From a candidate division FCPU426 bacterium (lineage in GTDB: Bacteria > Oederibacteriota > PGYV01 > Palsa-1178): a stretch of 64,000 bases of DNA. The DNA is taken from the NCBI GenBank assembly GCA_963840035.1, contig CAWIXE010000001.1:1024001-1088000 (forward strand). The letters are read 5' to 3'. The notes under the pieces are model-generated. The model ran no database searches and was not told the origin of the DNA. It saw only the letters and a list, made by a program, of their open reading frames with translations. Made by a program: the position numbers and the translations under genes. Position 1 is the first letter of the stretch. Each line of letters opens with the position of its first letter. Positions 22,905-33,800 of this stretch are shown in pieces.

Positions 22905-24077
22905 ATGCCCATAAAAGACTACTACAAGATACTCGGCGTGACGGAAAAAGCCGGGCCGGATGAGATTAAAAAAGCCTACCGGAACCTTGCCAAAAAATAC
23001 CATCCCGACACAAACCCGGGCAATAAAGAAGCCGAGGAAAAATTCAAGGAAGCAAATGAAGCCAACGAGACATTGTCCGACAAGGATAAGCGGGCTAAGT
23101 ATGACCAGATAAAGGACGCGCAGGCGCGCGGATTTGATTTTTCCCAGCACGCCGGAGGCGGCAATCCCAGGGGTTATTCCACGAACGGTAGTTTTGACTT
23201 TGGGGATTTGTTCGGGGATTTTTTTTCCGGGCGCGGAAATAAAGGCCAGGCAGGCGGAGCCGGCGGTTTTGAGGACATATTTGACATGTTCTCAAACCAG
23301 GGCGCAAGGCGCGGCTATACGCAGGAAGCTTACGAGGAAGAAGGCCGCGGCGAAAAGGGACAGGATATAACCGTAAGGATAGAGATACCCTTTACCCTCG
23401 CTATGGAAGGCGGGGAGACCATAATAAAAGTGCCGCGCGCCGTGGATTGCCAGCGCTGCAGGGGCACGGGCGCTGAACCGGGCGCGAAAGTGGAGCAGTG
23501 TCACGCGTGCGGCGGCGAAGGCACCATGCATTTTTCCCAGGGCGGATTCATGATTAACAAGACATGCCCCGCGTGCGGGGGAAAAGGCACAATCATACAT
23601 GACCGCTGCAAAGAGTGCGGCGGCTCAGGCGAAAAAGAGGAAACAAGGAAGATAAGGATACACATACCCTCAGGCGCGGCCGAAGGGGATAAGATAAGGG
23701 TAAAAAACGAAGGCAACATGCGTTCATGGAACAGGGAGCGCGGCGACCTTTACGTGGTATTTAAAGTTGAAAAGAGCGCTGTTTACGACAGGCGCGGCGA
23801 TGACCTGTACATGACAATAAAAATAAACCCTGCGCTGGCCGTGCTGGGCGGGGCTGTTGACGTGCCCACTCCCGAAGGACATGTGAACCTGAAGATACCG
23901 GCAGGGAGCCAGCACGGGACGCTGATGAAAATGGGCGGCCACGGGGCCATGAACATAAAGACGGGAAAAAAAGGAAATTTCTACGTAAAGGTAGAAATAG
24001 AGATGCCAAGAGCGGCGACACCTGAAGAAAAAGAAATAATGGGAAAATGGGCGAAAATAAGAAAATGGAATATATAA
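22905..24077 (+). CDS. dnaJ: Chaperone DnaJ
   Basis: J domain HPD, G/F-rich region, four CxxCxGxG motifs. Confidence 0.97.
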   Translation: MPIKDYYKILGVTEKAGPDEIKKAYRNLAKKYHPDTNPGNKEAEEKFKEANEANETLSDKDKRAKYDQIKDAQARGFDFSQHAGGGNPRGYSTNGSFDFGDLFGDFFSGRGNKGQAGGAGGFEDIFDMFSNQGARRGYTQEAYEEEGRGEKGQDITVRIEIPFTLAMEGGETIIKVPRAVDCQRCRGTGAEPGAKVEQCHACGGEGTMHFSQGGFMINKTCPACGGKGTIIHDRCKECGGSGEKEETRKIRIHIPSGAAEGDKIRVKNEGNMRSWNRERGDLYVVFKVEKSAVYDRRGDDLYMTIKINPALAVLGGAVDVPTPEGHVNLKIPAGSQHGTLMKMGGHGAMNIKTGKKGNFYVKVEIEMPRAATPEEKEIMGKWAKIRKWNI

Positions 24078-24123
24078 GTAAGAAGTAATAAACCGGAAGT
24101 ATTGATGGAAAGAAAAAAAACTG

Positions 24124-24237
24124 GTAGCCGCAGCCTTTAGGCTGCGAAAGGCCGGTATTGAAACCAAGCAAAGTCCTGCCTTGCGCAACCTGATCCGTCT
24201 TCGCTGAAGCTTCGGCGGACATGGAGGTTGCGGCTAC
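24124..24237. repeat. REPIN-like element (GTAGCCGCAGCCTTTAGGCTGCG…) with 31-bp nested insert
   Basis: Same arms as 38110-38181, but the right arm carries 24194-24224. Confidence 0.9.
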
Positions 24238-24259
24238 CAAATTCAACGGAGGTTGACGC

Positions 24260-25195
24260 ATGATTGAGTTAAAAAACGTCACAAAACGTTTCGGAAACAA
24301 GACCGCTGTTGACGACATATCTTTTGAGGTTAAAAAAGGGGAAATCATCGGGTTTCTCGGGCCTAACGCGGCCGGCAAAACCACTACCATGAGGATCATT
24401 ACCGGGTTCTTCACGCCCGCGCAGGGAAGCGTTACTGTCGCAGGCATAGACGTGCTTAAAGATCCACAGAAGGCAAAGGAAAAAATAGGCTATATGCCCG
24501 AGAACGTTCCTTTATATAAGGAAATGGAAGTCACGTCATACCTGAATTTTATTGCCGGGATAAAAGGGGTAAAAAAAGATGAAATAGCGGGCAGGGTTGC
24601 AAAGTCAATAATGCAGACCGGCCTTGAAGGCGTAAAGAATTCAATAATAGCCAAGCTCTCCAAAGGCTACAAGCAGAGGGTGGGGCTGGCGCAGGCTATC
24701 ATAAACGACCCTGAAGTGCTGGTCTTAGACGAGCCCACAGTCGGGCTTGATCCCAAGCAGATAAGGGAAATAAGGGAACTTATAAAGAACATGCGCGGCG
24801 AGCGTACCATAATACTTTCCACGCACATTCTTCCCGAGGTGGCAATGACCTGCGACCGGGTCATAGTCATAAACAACGGCAGGATCGTGGCGCAGGACGA
24901 GGTCAAGAACCTGACAAACCAGAAAGCCGCGAACATATACCTTGAAGTGGAAGCGCCGAAAACCCAGGTCATTTCCGAGTTAAAAAAGATAAAGGGAGTA
25001 GCCGATGTCAGGGAGGAAACAAAGGTCGATGACGGCGTGTACTCCTACGTGATTTCCACCGAAGGGGAAAAGGACATACGGCGCGAGATAGTGGCGAAGC
25101 TCGCCAAAAACGACTGGGGCCTGCTTGAGTTTAAGCGGCAGCAGGTATCGCTTGAGGATGTCTTTTTAAAGCTTGTGACAAAGGAGGAGCTCTGA
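24260..25195 (+). CDS. ABC transporter ATP-binding protein (GldA-like)
   Basis: GPNAAGKTT, LSKGYKQR, LDEPTVGLDP, STH. Confidence 0.92.
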   Translation: MIELKNVTKRFGNKTAVDDISFEVKKGEIIGFLGPNAAGKTTTMRIITGFFTPAQGSVTVAGIDVLKDPQKAKEKIGYMPENVPLYKEMEVTSYLNFIAGIKGVKKDEIAGRVAKSIMQTGLEGVKNSIIAKLSKGYKQRVGLAQAIINDPEVLVLDEPTVGLDPKQIREIRELIKNMRGERTIILSTHILPEVAMTCDRVIVINNGRIVAQDEVKNLTNQKAANIYLEVEAPKTQVISELKKIKGVADVREETKVDDGVYSYVISTEGEKDIRREIVAKLAKNDWGLLEFKRQQVSLEDVFLKLVTKEEL

Positions 25196-25196
25196 T

Positions 25197-25973
25197 ATGA
25201 ATTCAAAATTTTCCGCACTGTATAAAAAGGAACTCGCAATATTTTTCTCCATGCCCATTGCCTACGCGCTGCTTGCGGTGTTTGTGGCGCTCTCCGGCTA
25301 TTTTTTCTCAAGTATTGCCAATTATTACGCCATGGTATCCATGCAGGCTATGAGCCAGTACAACAGGGGCTCCATAGATTTAAATATCCTGCAGGGAATC
25401 TTCAGGCCGTATTTCAGCAATATGGTGGTTATTTTAATGCTGATGGTTCCGATCATCACCATGAGGGTCTTTGCGGAGGAAAAAAGGGAAGGCACTTCAG
25501 AGCTTCTTTTCACCTATCCTGTTTCAGACCTGACAATAGTCAGCGCAAAGTTCCTGGCGGCATATACGGTATTTGGCGTGATGATATCAGGGGCGTTAAG
25601 TTCCTTCATAATACTCCGGTTCTCGACGCCTTTTGAATTAGGCCCTGTGCTTGCCGGTTTTCTCGGGATGCTTCTTCTGGGGGCCGCTTTCCTGATGCTC
25701 GGAATTTTCATTTCATCCATGACGGAGAGCCAGATAGTGGCCGCGGTAATATCCTTTGGGGCGCTCCTGTTTTTCATGGTGCTGCCGTGGGCGTCGCAGT
25801 CGGTCAGCCCGTTCTGGGCAAAGGTAATAAACAACTTATCAATAGTGACGCACTTTGACAGTTTTTCAAAGGGCGTCCTTGACACCGCGGATATAACATT
25901 CCTTTTAAGTTTTTTCGCGGTATTCTTTTTCCTGACCTTACGGGTCCTGGAATCAAAACAGTGGAGGGGATAA
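25197..25973 (+). CDS. ABC-2 permease (GldF-like)
   Basis: KKEL..FF..PIAY, PIITMRVFAEEKREGT.ELL.T.P, KFLA. Confidence 0.9.
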   Translation: MNSKFSALYKKELAIFFSMPIAYALLAVFVALSGYFFSSIANYYAMVSMQAMSQYNRGSIDLNILQGIFRPYFSNMVVILMLMVPIITMRVFAEEKREGTSELLFTYPVSDLTIVSAKFLAAYTVFGVMISGALSSFIILRFSTPFELGPVLAGFLGMLLLGAAFLMLGIFISSMTESQIVAAVISFGALLFFMVLPWASQSVSPFWAKVINNLSIVTHFDSFSKGVLDTADITFLLSFFAVFFFLTLRVLESKQWRG

Positions 25974-25974
25974 T

Positions 25975-27543
25975 ATGAAAAATGAAAAAATTATGAATTT
26001 TATCCTCGGCGCCGGGATAGCGCTGGTAATAATCTCGGCGGCCACCGCGTTATTAATCGGGGAATTCAACCTGGCGGCAATCATAATGGCCGCGCTGGGT
26101 TTGGCGGGGATTGGTTTATATATTGCCGTGAATTTCAATAAAGTGAAAACAATAGCGTCAAATAAAGGGGCAAGACAGGGCACAGGAACTGTTGTGTACT
26201 CGGTTATAGTCATTTCAATCATAGTTCTATTGCAGTCCATACTGCTTACGCATTCCGCGAAATGGGACCTTACAAAGAATAAAAAGTATACGCTGTCAGA
26301 ACAGACCAAAAAGGTCCTAAAGAATATGAAGGCGGATGTGGAGGCGTATTACTTCTTCTCAGTTAAGGCGCAGAACCCTAATATTACGGATATTATGGAG
26401 CAGTATTCCAAACAGTCGGGAAAATTTAAATATCAGGCGGTGGATGCCGACAGAAATCCGTCTATTTCCGCGAGGTTCAAGGCTGACAGGTACGGTATAG
26501 TAGTTCTATACAGGAAAGACAACAATACACAGGAAAAAATAGACTTGCTCTCCGAAGAAGGGCTGACAAACGGGCTTATCAGGATAACCAGGGACAGCAG
26601 AAAGAAAATATATTTTACAAAGGGCCACGGGGAACCTTCGCTCGATGCTCCCATGAACGACAAGACAGGCTACAGCGCCATTAAGCAGGAGCTGGAGTCC
26701 TATAATTATCAGGTAGCAGCGGTGGAGCTTTTTACAAACGCCGCGGGAGTACCGGCTGACTGCGCGGTGCTGGTAATAGGCGGGCCGCAGACAGATCTTT
26801 TTGACCCGGAAGCGGCAATGATAAATAAATATATGGCATCAGGCGGAAAGGTAATTGTGTTTGAAGGCCCCATGGTAAGGCTGCCGAAGCTGGATGCCAT
26901 GCTGGCAGCGAAAGGGATTATTCCGCAGAATGACATAGTTGTGGATAAGATGGGAAAGATGTTCGGCGGGGATCCGCTGATGCCCATTATAAACACATAC
27001 GGCGTGCATGATATAGTTAACCCGCTCAGGGCGGCGGCTTTCATGCCCAACTGCAGGACCTTCGCGCAGAAAAACAATATCGCCGGCATAAAACTTACTG
27101 AACTGGCCATGACAAACCCGGGAAGCTGGGGCGAGACTGATATAGCCTCTGTCAGGAAAGGTGAAGTAAGCCAGACAGGGTCGGATTTAAAGGCGCCGCT
27201 TCCGGCAGCGATTGTTTCACAGGCGGATTACTCCGCGTATATTGAGCCCGGAGCAACGGCCAAACCCGGTATTATTTCCGAGGTTGTTGTTTTCGGCAGT
27301 TCTGATTTTATAAATAATACATTCCTTGGCGCGTCCGCGAATAAAGACCTGGTATTGAACGCTTTTAATTACATGGCAGGCCAGGGCGATACGATATCCA
27401 TAAAGCCAAAAGACCCTTCATTTGAGCCTCTTTTTCTTTCCAAGATGGGGGGGAGGATGCTTTTTATAATCCCGGTAATTTTTCTGCCGCTTTTATGCGT
27501 AAGCCTCGGGATACTTGTTTTTGTGAGGAGGAGGCGGTCATGA
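25975..27543 (+). CDS. ABC auxiliary component (GldG-like)
   Basis: WDLT.NK.YTLS.QT, IYFTKGHGE, VPADCAVLVIGGP, ANKDLVLNA..Y, C-terminal TM + RRRR. Confidence 0.88.
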   Translation: MKNEKIMNFILGAGIALVIISAATALLIGEFNLAAIIMAALGLAGIGLYIAVNFNKVKTIASNKGARQGTGTVVYSVIVISIIVLLQSILLTHSAKWDLTKNKKYTLSEQTKKVLKNMKADVEAYYFFSVKAQNPNITDIMEQYSKQSGKFKYQAVDADRNPSISARFKADRYGIVVLYRKDNNTQEKIDLLSEEGLTNGLIRITRDSRKKIYFTKGHGEPSLDAPMNDKTGYSAIKQELESYNYQVAAVELFTNAAGVPADCAVLVIGGPQTDLFDPEAAMINKYMASGGKVIVFEGPMVRLPKLDAMLAAKGIIPQNDIVVDKMGKMFGGDPLMPIINTYGVHDIVNPLRAAAFMPNCRTFAQKNNIAGIKLTELAMTNPGSWGETDIASVRKGEVSQTGSDLKAPLPAAIVSQADYSAYIEPGATAKPGIISEVVVFGSSDFINNTFLGASANKDLVLNAFNYMAGQGDTISIKPKDPSFEPLFLSKMGGRMLFIIPVIFLPLLCVSLGILVFVRRRRS

Positions 27544-28895
27544 ACGGAAAAAAAATACTGGCGGCGTTTATGGCGTTTGCGCTGCTTGGCGCGTATTACT
27601 GGTTTTTTGAGGTAAAAAAGAAGGCTGAGGATGAAAAAATAAAAGCCGAGGCCGCGCGTTTTTTTCCGGGGTTTGACAGTAATAAAATATCGGAAATAAC
27701 AATAAAAAGCCCCAAAGGCAAAATATTCCTGAAAAAAAGCGGTGTTACCTGGTACATGGAAAAACCGGCAAAATATGAGTGTGACACGGGTTTTGTTGAC
27801 AGCATAGCGGCGTCTTTCGCGGCGGCCATACCAGAACAAAAAATTGACGGGATAAAACCACAGGATTTCGGCATTACGGGGAATGACCCGTCAATCATTT
27901 TCAGGGAATTTACAGGCAAAACTTATGAAGTTGTTTTCGGGACTGAAAGCAGCGCGTCCCATTTAATGTACGCGGCAAAACCCGGCGAGGCAGGGGTAGT
28001 CTACCTTATACCCCATACGCTTATAGATTATTGCGAGAAAACCATATTTGACCTGCGTTATAAAAAAATCCTTAAAATGCCGGAAGCGGCCATAGATAAG
28101 ATAGCGGTCAACGTTAAGGGCAAGAAATACACCCTTGTTAATTCGCCGGCCGGATGGCGGTTTGAACCGGACACTAAGGAAAAAGTAAAAACTGATATGG
28201 CAAACAACATCATAAGAACTTTTAGGGAAAATGTTGCGAAGTCAATGGAAGGCCCTGAGGCAGCGGGAAAGCGCGGCATAAGTGCTTCTTCTGAAACAGT
28301 GGATTTTTATTTTGGCAAAGAACACGCGAAAATAGTTTTCGGCAGTGAAGATAAGAAAAAATACTCGGTTTATGCCCAAAACAACCAGATAGACGACATT
28401 TTGGAGCTTCCGGATTTCGTATACTTGAACCTGCCGGCCTCACGTGACCTGGCGGATAAAAGGATAACCGGTTTTAACCCGCAGATGGCTCGGAGGATAG
28501 AGGCAAACTACGGTGACAGGTCTTTTATCGCGGAGAAGCAGACAGATCCCAAAAAGCCGGATAAATGGAAGATAAAAAGCGTGAAGATAAGCAAAGTTGA
28601 GGAAGCAAAAATAAACGGATCATTAATAGCTTCTGACCTTGCCTGGCTCGAGTATTCCGAAAAGATACAGGTGAAACCTGAAGGAAACCAGGAGCAGCTC
28701 TACGGGTTTGTTCCGGGGAATAACGTTATAAGGGTATTTGATGATAAAAATGCCATGTTGGCCGAGTTTAACATCGGGAAGAAAGCCAATAAACAGGAGC
28801 TGGTATTTGTCAGGACAAATAACCCCGGGGTTATATATCTCACGGGATTAAGCGGAATAAATAATCTGAATCTCCCGGGTATGGAGGTAAGGTAA
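27540..28895 (+). CDS. DUF4340-like protein
   Basis: N-terminal anchor, repeated W....P / FG-type domains, usual position after GldG-like genes; ATGA overlap. Confidence 0.75.
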   Translation: MNGKKILAAFMAFALLGAYYWFFEVKKKAEDEKIKAEAARFFPGFDSNKISEITIKSPKGKIFLKKSGVTWYMEKPAKYECDTGFVDSIAASFAAAIPEQKIDGIKPQDFGITGNDPSIIFREFTGKTYEVVFGTESSASHLMYAAKPGEAGVVYLIPHTLIDYCEKTIFDLRYKKILKMPEAAIDKIAVNVKGKKYTLVNSPAGWRFEPDTKEKVKTDMANNIIRTFRENVAKSMEGPEAAGKRGISASSETVDFYFGKEHAKIVFGSEDKKKYSVYAQNNQIDDILELPDFVYLNLPASRDLADKRITGFNPQMARRIEANYGDRSFIAEKQTDPKKPDKWKIKSVKISKVEEAKINGSLIASDLAWLEYSEKIQVKPEGNQEQLYGFVPGNNVIRVFDDKNAMLAEFNIGKKANKQELVFVRTNNPGVIYLTGLSGINNLNLPGMEVR

Positions 28896-30269
28896 ATGAA
28901 AAAAACTTTTTTTCTGGTAATCGCGTTTTTTGCTGTTGTGGCATCTGTTTTGGCGGTGCAGTTTATTCCGGCTTCTTTTAAGGATCTGGCAGAAAAAGTG
29001 CGGCCGTCTGTAGTGAACATCTCAACCGTGAGCACCATAAGGACAGGCCAGGACGCGTACGGAGACCCGTTTTTTAACGATGATTTTTACCAGCGTTTTT
29101 TTGGAATGCCCAAGCAGCAGATGAAAAGGCAGTCGTTGGGAAGCGGTTTTATTGTGAGCCCTGACGGATACATACTTACAAATAATCATGTGGTGGATAA
29201 AGCTGATGAGATAACTGTAAAACTGTACAACCAGAAGGAATTCAAGGCAAAGGTTATAGGCACTGACAGGGAAACAGACCTGGCAGTAATCAGGATTGAT
29301 ACCAACGGTTTGACACCGATACTCATGGGTGATTCAGACAGGATAAATGTGGGCGACTGGGTTGTGGCCGTGGGCAGCCCTTTCGGGCTTGAACAGACAG
29401 TGACGCAGGGAATCATAAGCGCCAAAGGCAGGATTATCGGCGCCGGGCCGTATGATGATTTCCTCCAGACTGACGCGGCAATAAACCCGGGAAATTCCGG
29501 GGGCCCGCTTATCAACCTTGACGGCGAGGTCATCGGCATAAACACGGCAATCTCATCCACGTCAGGCGGTTATGAAGGCGTGGGGTTTGCCATGCCCATT
29601 AACATGGCGAAAAAATCATATTCTGACATCATAAGCAAAGGCAAGGTGGTGCGCGGCTGGCTCGGGGTTGTAATTCAGGAGATGACGCCTGAGCTTGCCA
29701 AACATTTTAAGGTCACGGACGGGGTGCTCATATCACAGGTGTATGCCGGAAGCCCCGCTGAAGAAGGCGGCATAAAACGCGGTGATGTTGTAACCGAGAT
29801 TGACGGCAAGAAGATCAAAAAATACCGCGAATTGCAGGCTGTCATCGCCGGCGAATCAGTGGGCTCAAGCGTGCCTGTTACCGTCGTAAGGGAAGGCAAA
29901 GAGATTAACCTCAGCATAAAAGTCGCGGAGCGCAACCTTGAAAAATTCGCGGAACAGCAGCAGAAAGAGTACGCGCAGGAGGCAAAAAAGGACCTTGGCA
30001 TAGTGGCAAGCGACTTAACGCCTGAAACAGCTGAGCGTTACGGCCTGGCGGCCAAGCAGGGCGTTGTGGTGCTGCAGGTGGAGGAAGGCTCCGCAGCGGA
30101 TTCCGCCGGGGTCATGGGCGGTGATGTCATACACGAGATGAACGGCAGGCAGGTAAAAAGCAGCGCGGATTTTGACGCGCTTGCGGCAAAGGTGAAAAAG
30201 GGAAGCCAGGTGGTGCTGCTTATAGAACGGGGAAATACGATGGTGTATCTGGCTTTTACGAATAACTAA
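28896..30269 (+). CDS. degP: Do/DegQ family serine protease with two PDZ domains
   Basis: SLGSGFI, TNNHVV, DLAVI, QTDAAINPGNSGGPL, RGWLGV. Confidence 0.93.
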   Translation: MKKTFFLVIAFFAVVASVLAVQFIPASFKDLAEKVRPSVVNISTVSTIRTGQDAYGDPFFNDDFYQRFFGMPKQQMKRQSLGSGFIVSPDGYILTNNHVVDKADEITVKLYNQKEFKAKVIGTDRETDLAVIRIDTNGLTPILMGDSDRINVGDWVVAVGSPFGLEQTVTQGIISAKGRIIGAGPYDDFLQTDAAINPGNSGGPLINLDGEVIGINTAISSTSGGYEGVGFAMPINMAKKSYSDIISKGKVVRGWLGVVIQEMTPELAKHFKVTDGVLISQVYAGSPAEEGGIKRGDVVTEIDGKKIKKYRELQAVIAGESVGSSVPVTVVREGKEINLSIKVAERNLEKFAEQQQKEYAQEAKKDLGIVASDLTPETAERYGLAAKQGVVVLQVEEGSAADSAGVMGGDVIHEMNGRQVKSSADFDALAAKVKKGSQVVLLIERGNTMVYLAFTNN

Positions 30270-30314
30270 ACCGGATTCTGAATTCTTGATTCTGGATTTT
30301 GGATTGAAAGGCAT

Positions 30315-30346
30315 AAAAAGGGCGGGTTATACCGCCCTTTTTTTTT
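30315..30346 (+). terminator. Rho-independent terminator after degP, preceded by a GATTCTG heptamer run at 30274-30306
   Basis: aaaaagggcgg-gttata-ccgccc-t9. Confidence 0.9.
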
Positions 30347-30351
30347 AGGCA

Positions 30352-30554
30352 CTGCGGCAGACATGGATGACACTTTTTTGAATTAGCGGCGGGTTTAAGA
30401 GACGAATATAGTTGATAATTTACAATGCGGGAATAGATTTGTATACGCTTGTTTGCTTCACGGCGGGCAGGTTTGATAGGGACATGGTAAACTTGTATTC
30501 AAATGGTTGCTCCCGGGGCTTAATCAAAAAGAGCGTCATCCATGTCTGCCGCAG
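30352..30554. repeat. ~200-bp MITE/REPIN-like element with ~29-bp inverted ends
   Basis: ctgcggcagacatggatgac (20 bp) is perfectly inverted at 30535-30554; the imperfect match extends further. Confidence 0.75.
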
Positions 30555-30714
30555 CTAAAACAGAAAGCATTGTTTAAGCAAATTTAGTAGTTTTGCTGTG
30601 ATATTATATAATAATAAAACGCAAAAACCTGTTAATGCATGCAGTGTGGAAAAATAACGCTTATTTCTAATGTTAAAGCGTGTGCATTGAAAATGTGTTC
30701 CTTATGGCGAAACG

Positions 30715-30743
30715 TTGACTAAAACCCATAATTCTGTTAAAAT
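30715..30743 (+). promoter_or_regulatory. Sigma70-type promoter
   Basis: TTGACT-17-TAAAAT with extended TG. Confidence 0.65.
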
Positions 30744-30831
30744 CATATATATTAGAACTTTTGAGTGTTTTTATTGTCTAAAATACATGCGGTTCTTCAT
30801 TATTATAAGCTAAACCGCATCGGGGCGTTTT

Positions 30832-33800
30832 ATGTTTATAAAACGGAATATAAAAGCATCCAGAATGATAAAAACAATGATTTCAATCGTTGTTGTTTTC
30901 ACGTTAACATTCATGTTTCAGTTTACATACGCAGCTCCAACCCCTAATACGAATGCTACTTACCTTGCCTGGGTTGACAGTTCAACCAATCCGCAGGGGC
31001 AAATACATATTTTTGGAGTCATCCCCAATACAAAAGTTACTGTGTACTCAACTCCTTTAAATGGGACAACAATTGCAGGCCCGACAACCATAACCAATAT
31101 TAACCTCCCGGTTGAAGGGTTTCCCATAGACTGGAGAAGTTTAAACGGCAATGTCCCGTTTGGTCAGATGTTTTTTAAGATTACTTCTGATTATCCTGTG
31201 ATATGGGAATCCGGAAACGTGAATATAGGATCAAATTTTGATTATGAAATAGGCGTTTTGTCATTAAACGGAACTTTAAGAGGGAGAACATTTTATACGT
31301 TCATGCAGCCTCTTTCAGCTGGCGGGGTGGCCGATGTTCTGACAGTGTTTAATCCGGATGCGGTACCTAAAAATATTACTGTTATGAAATGGAACACGGG
31401 TACAACAGCATATGACATTCCTGTTGCGGGAGGAACCTTTGCAGTGCCGGCTGGCGGGGTTTATACTTTCGCGCCTCCGGCGGCAACAGAGCTGGGATAC
31501 TATAAGGTTGTATCTGACAGCGATGTAATGATGTTTAAAGGTGTCGCGCAGAATTCTGACAATGACAATTGGTTTGAACACGGTTCTGACTGGATTTCAG
31601 GATCAAAAATAGGCACACAGGTTTATGGAAAATTTGGCGCTTTAGATACGAAAATGACCATAACAGGAATCACAGGGGGTATGATAAGTTACGACGTGTA
31701 CTATATGGATTATCCCGCGATGAATACATCGTCAACGGTATGGACGCTTTTAAGCAGCGGGGTAGTTGCGCAGGGCGCGGGTGCAAGTATAAATCCTCCT
31801 ATTAACGGCGGTATATTTAAGGTTATAACTACCGGCGGGGAAGTTCTGGTCGGCGGCGGTTCGACAATAATGACCAGTATGTGGGGCGATGGAGATTATG
31901 TTCCGGGATCCATAAACAAAAGCCCGCTCGATGTTGATTTTTATTTTACAACAGGAAACAACGGGAGCGGCGGCGGCGGCAATCCGGTTTGCTCGATAGT
32001 GTGCCCTACCGCAGGTACGTCAGTGAGCATATCTCCCGCAGGGCCGGTAATGACAGGACCCGCGACAACAGGGGCAGAAGACATGGCTGTGACATTTTCA
32101 GATCTGCTGCCGAACACCACTTATCACGTCACTTCAAACCTGCCTGTTTACTGTTTTTTTGAGAACGGCACAGGTTCTGAAAAAGCAATGACACTTTCTT
32201 ACATGACGGTGAAAAGACCCATCATGATAGACAAAAGCGCGAATGTGGCGCGGGCGCATGTCGGCGATACTATAACATACTGGATGAACTGGAAAGTTGA
32301 CGAGTCAAATACCATGCCATACCAGGCATATGCGTGGGATACAGTTCCAACGGAGTTTAGCATACTAAGCGTAAATCCGGCGCCTACATCACAGACAGGC
32401 AATTACATGTGGTGGGACTTGGGCGTAAGGAATGCCGGCGATTCAGGGGCTATGACAATTACAGCGCAGATAACAGCCGCCGCGATAGAAGGCGATACTT
32501 ATACAAATATCGGCATGGCATTTATGCCTGATACCATGCAGTTCCCGAACCAGTCTTCCGTGCCGATACTCATAGTGCCGCGGCAGCTGGAAGTGCTAAA
32601 AACGGCAAACAGGCCTTCTGGTACGCAGGGGGATACTGTGACATATTCGATTAACTACGCCAATACATCAGGCCTGGCGCTTACAAACGTTGTCATTACC
32701 GATTCTGTTCCTTCAGGGCTTTCATACCTTACATCCATACCGGCAGGCATATACACCCCGGCAAACCGGACCGTGCAGTGGTTTTTCGCGTCCATGGCTG
32801 ACAGGGCGTCAAATACCCTGACAGTGGTGGCGACTATTCTGAATACAGCCCCGGTAGGTTCGGTACAGACTAATTCGGTATTTTCTACAGCGGATCAGAC
32901 AGTGCCGGATTATTCCGAAGCGGATATTACGGTTTTGAATTCACCGCTTGACCTGACAAAAACCGCCAGCCCGTCTCAGGCTGTAAAAGGTGACACGATA
33001 ACCTTCACGCTTTCTTATCAAAATTTAACTTCCGGCGGGGCTTTTGCGGACAACCAGGGAATCAGCGTAAATTTTCATAATAATAACACAGCGGCAACAT
33101 CGCAAAGAATAAGCATGTATTATAATATTATTAATACAAACAATTTTCCCGTAGATATGCAGAATATCAGAATAAAGTACTATTTTAACGACCTTACCCG
33201 CGACCAGGATGGTTTTGGTTATGCGCAGGACTGGGTGTCGCCCGGGGTAACGCCCATACAGGGGGTTCAGGGGATAGGTTATACGGGGACGAATCTTGTG
33301 CATACGACAAAATTCGGAACTCATATGATTCCTGCAAACACTTCAAATACTGAGGCAAGGCTTTATATAAAGGATAAAAGCAGTTGGGTTAATATGGACA
33401 TGACAGATGATTATTCTTACGAAGGCGCGGCGACATCTACATACCACTACTGGAATAAAATTGTGGTTGAATATTATCTGAACGGCACCTGGATGGTTAT
33501 CCAGGGAGAGCCTCCGGGAGGGGTAAATGTCAACGGTGTTGTGGTAACAGATGATGTGCCGCCCTGTATCACCTATGGCGGCACTATAGGCGCGCCGGCC
33601 GGGATTTTTTCAGCCGGGACCATAACCTGGAATGTGCCAACGCTCATACCCTACGAAAAAGGTACTGTCCAGTGGTATGGCACATCAGACGCGACCTGCG
33701 GACAATATGTGACAAACGTGGCGCAGATAGCCGCACCCGGATACGGCCCGTATTCATCCAATGTCGCGGTTGTGAATTTCATTCCACCGCCGCTTTCAAT

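Noticed and set aside
30560..30831. c-di-GMP riboswitch upstream of the giant protein
   Set aside because: Only a short atgcggtt/aaccgcat inverted repeat; the conserved aptamer features were not recognisable.
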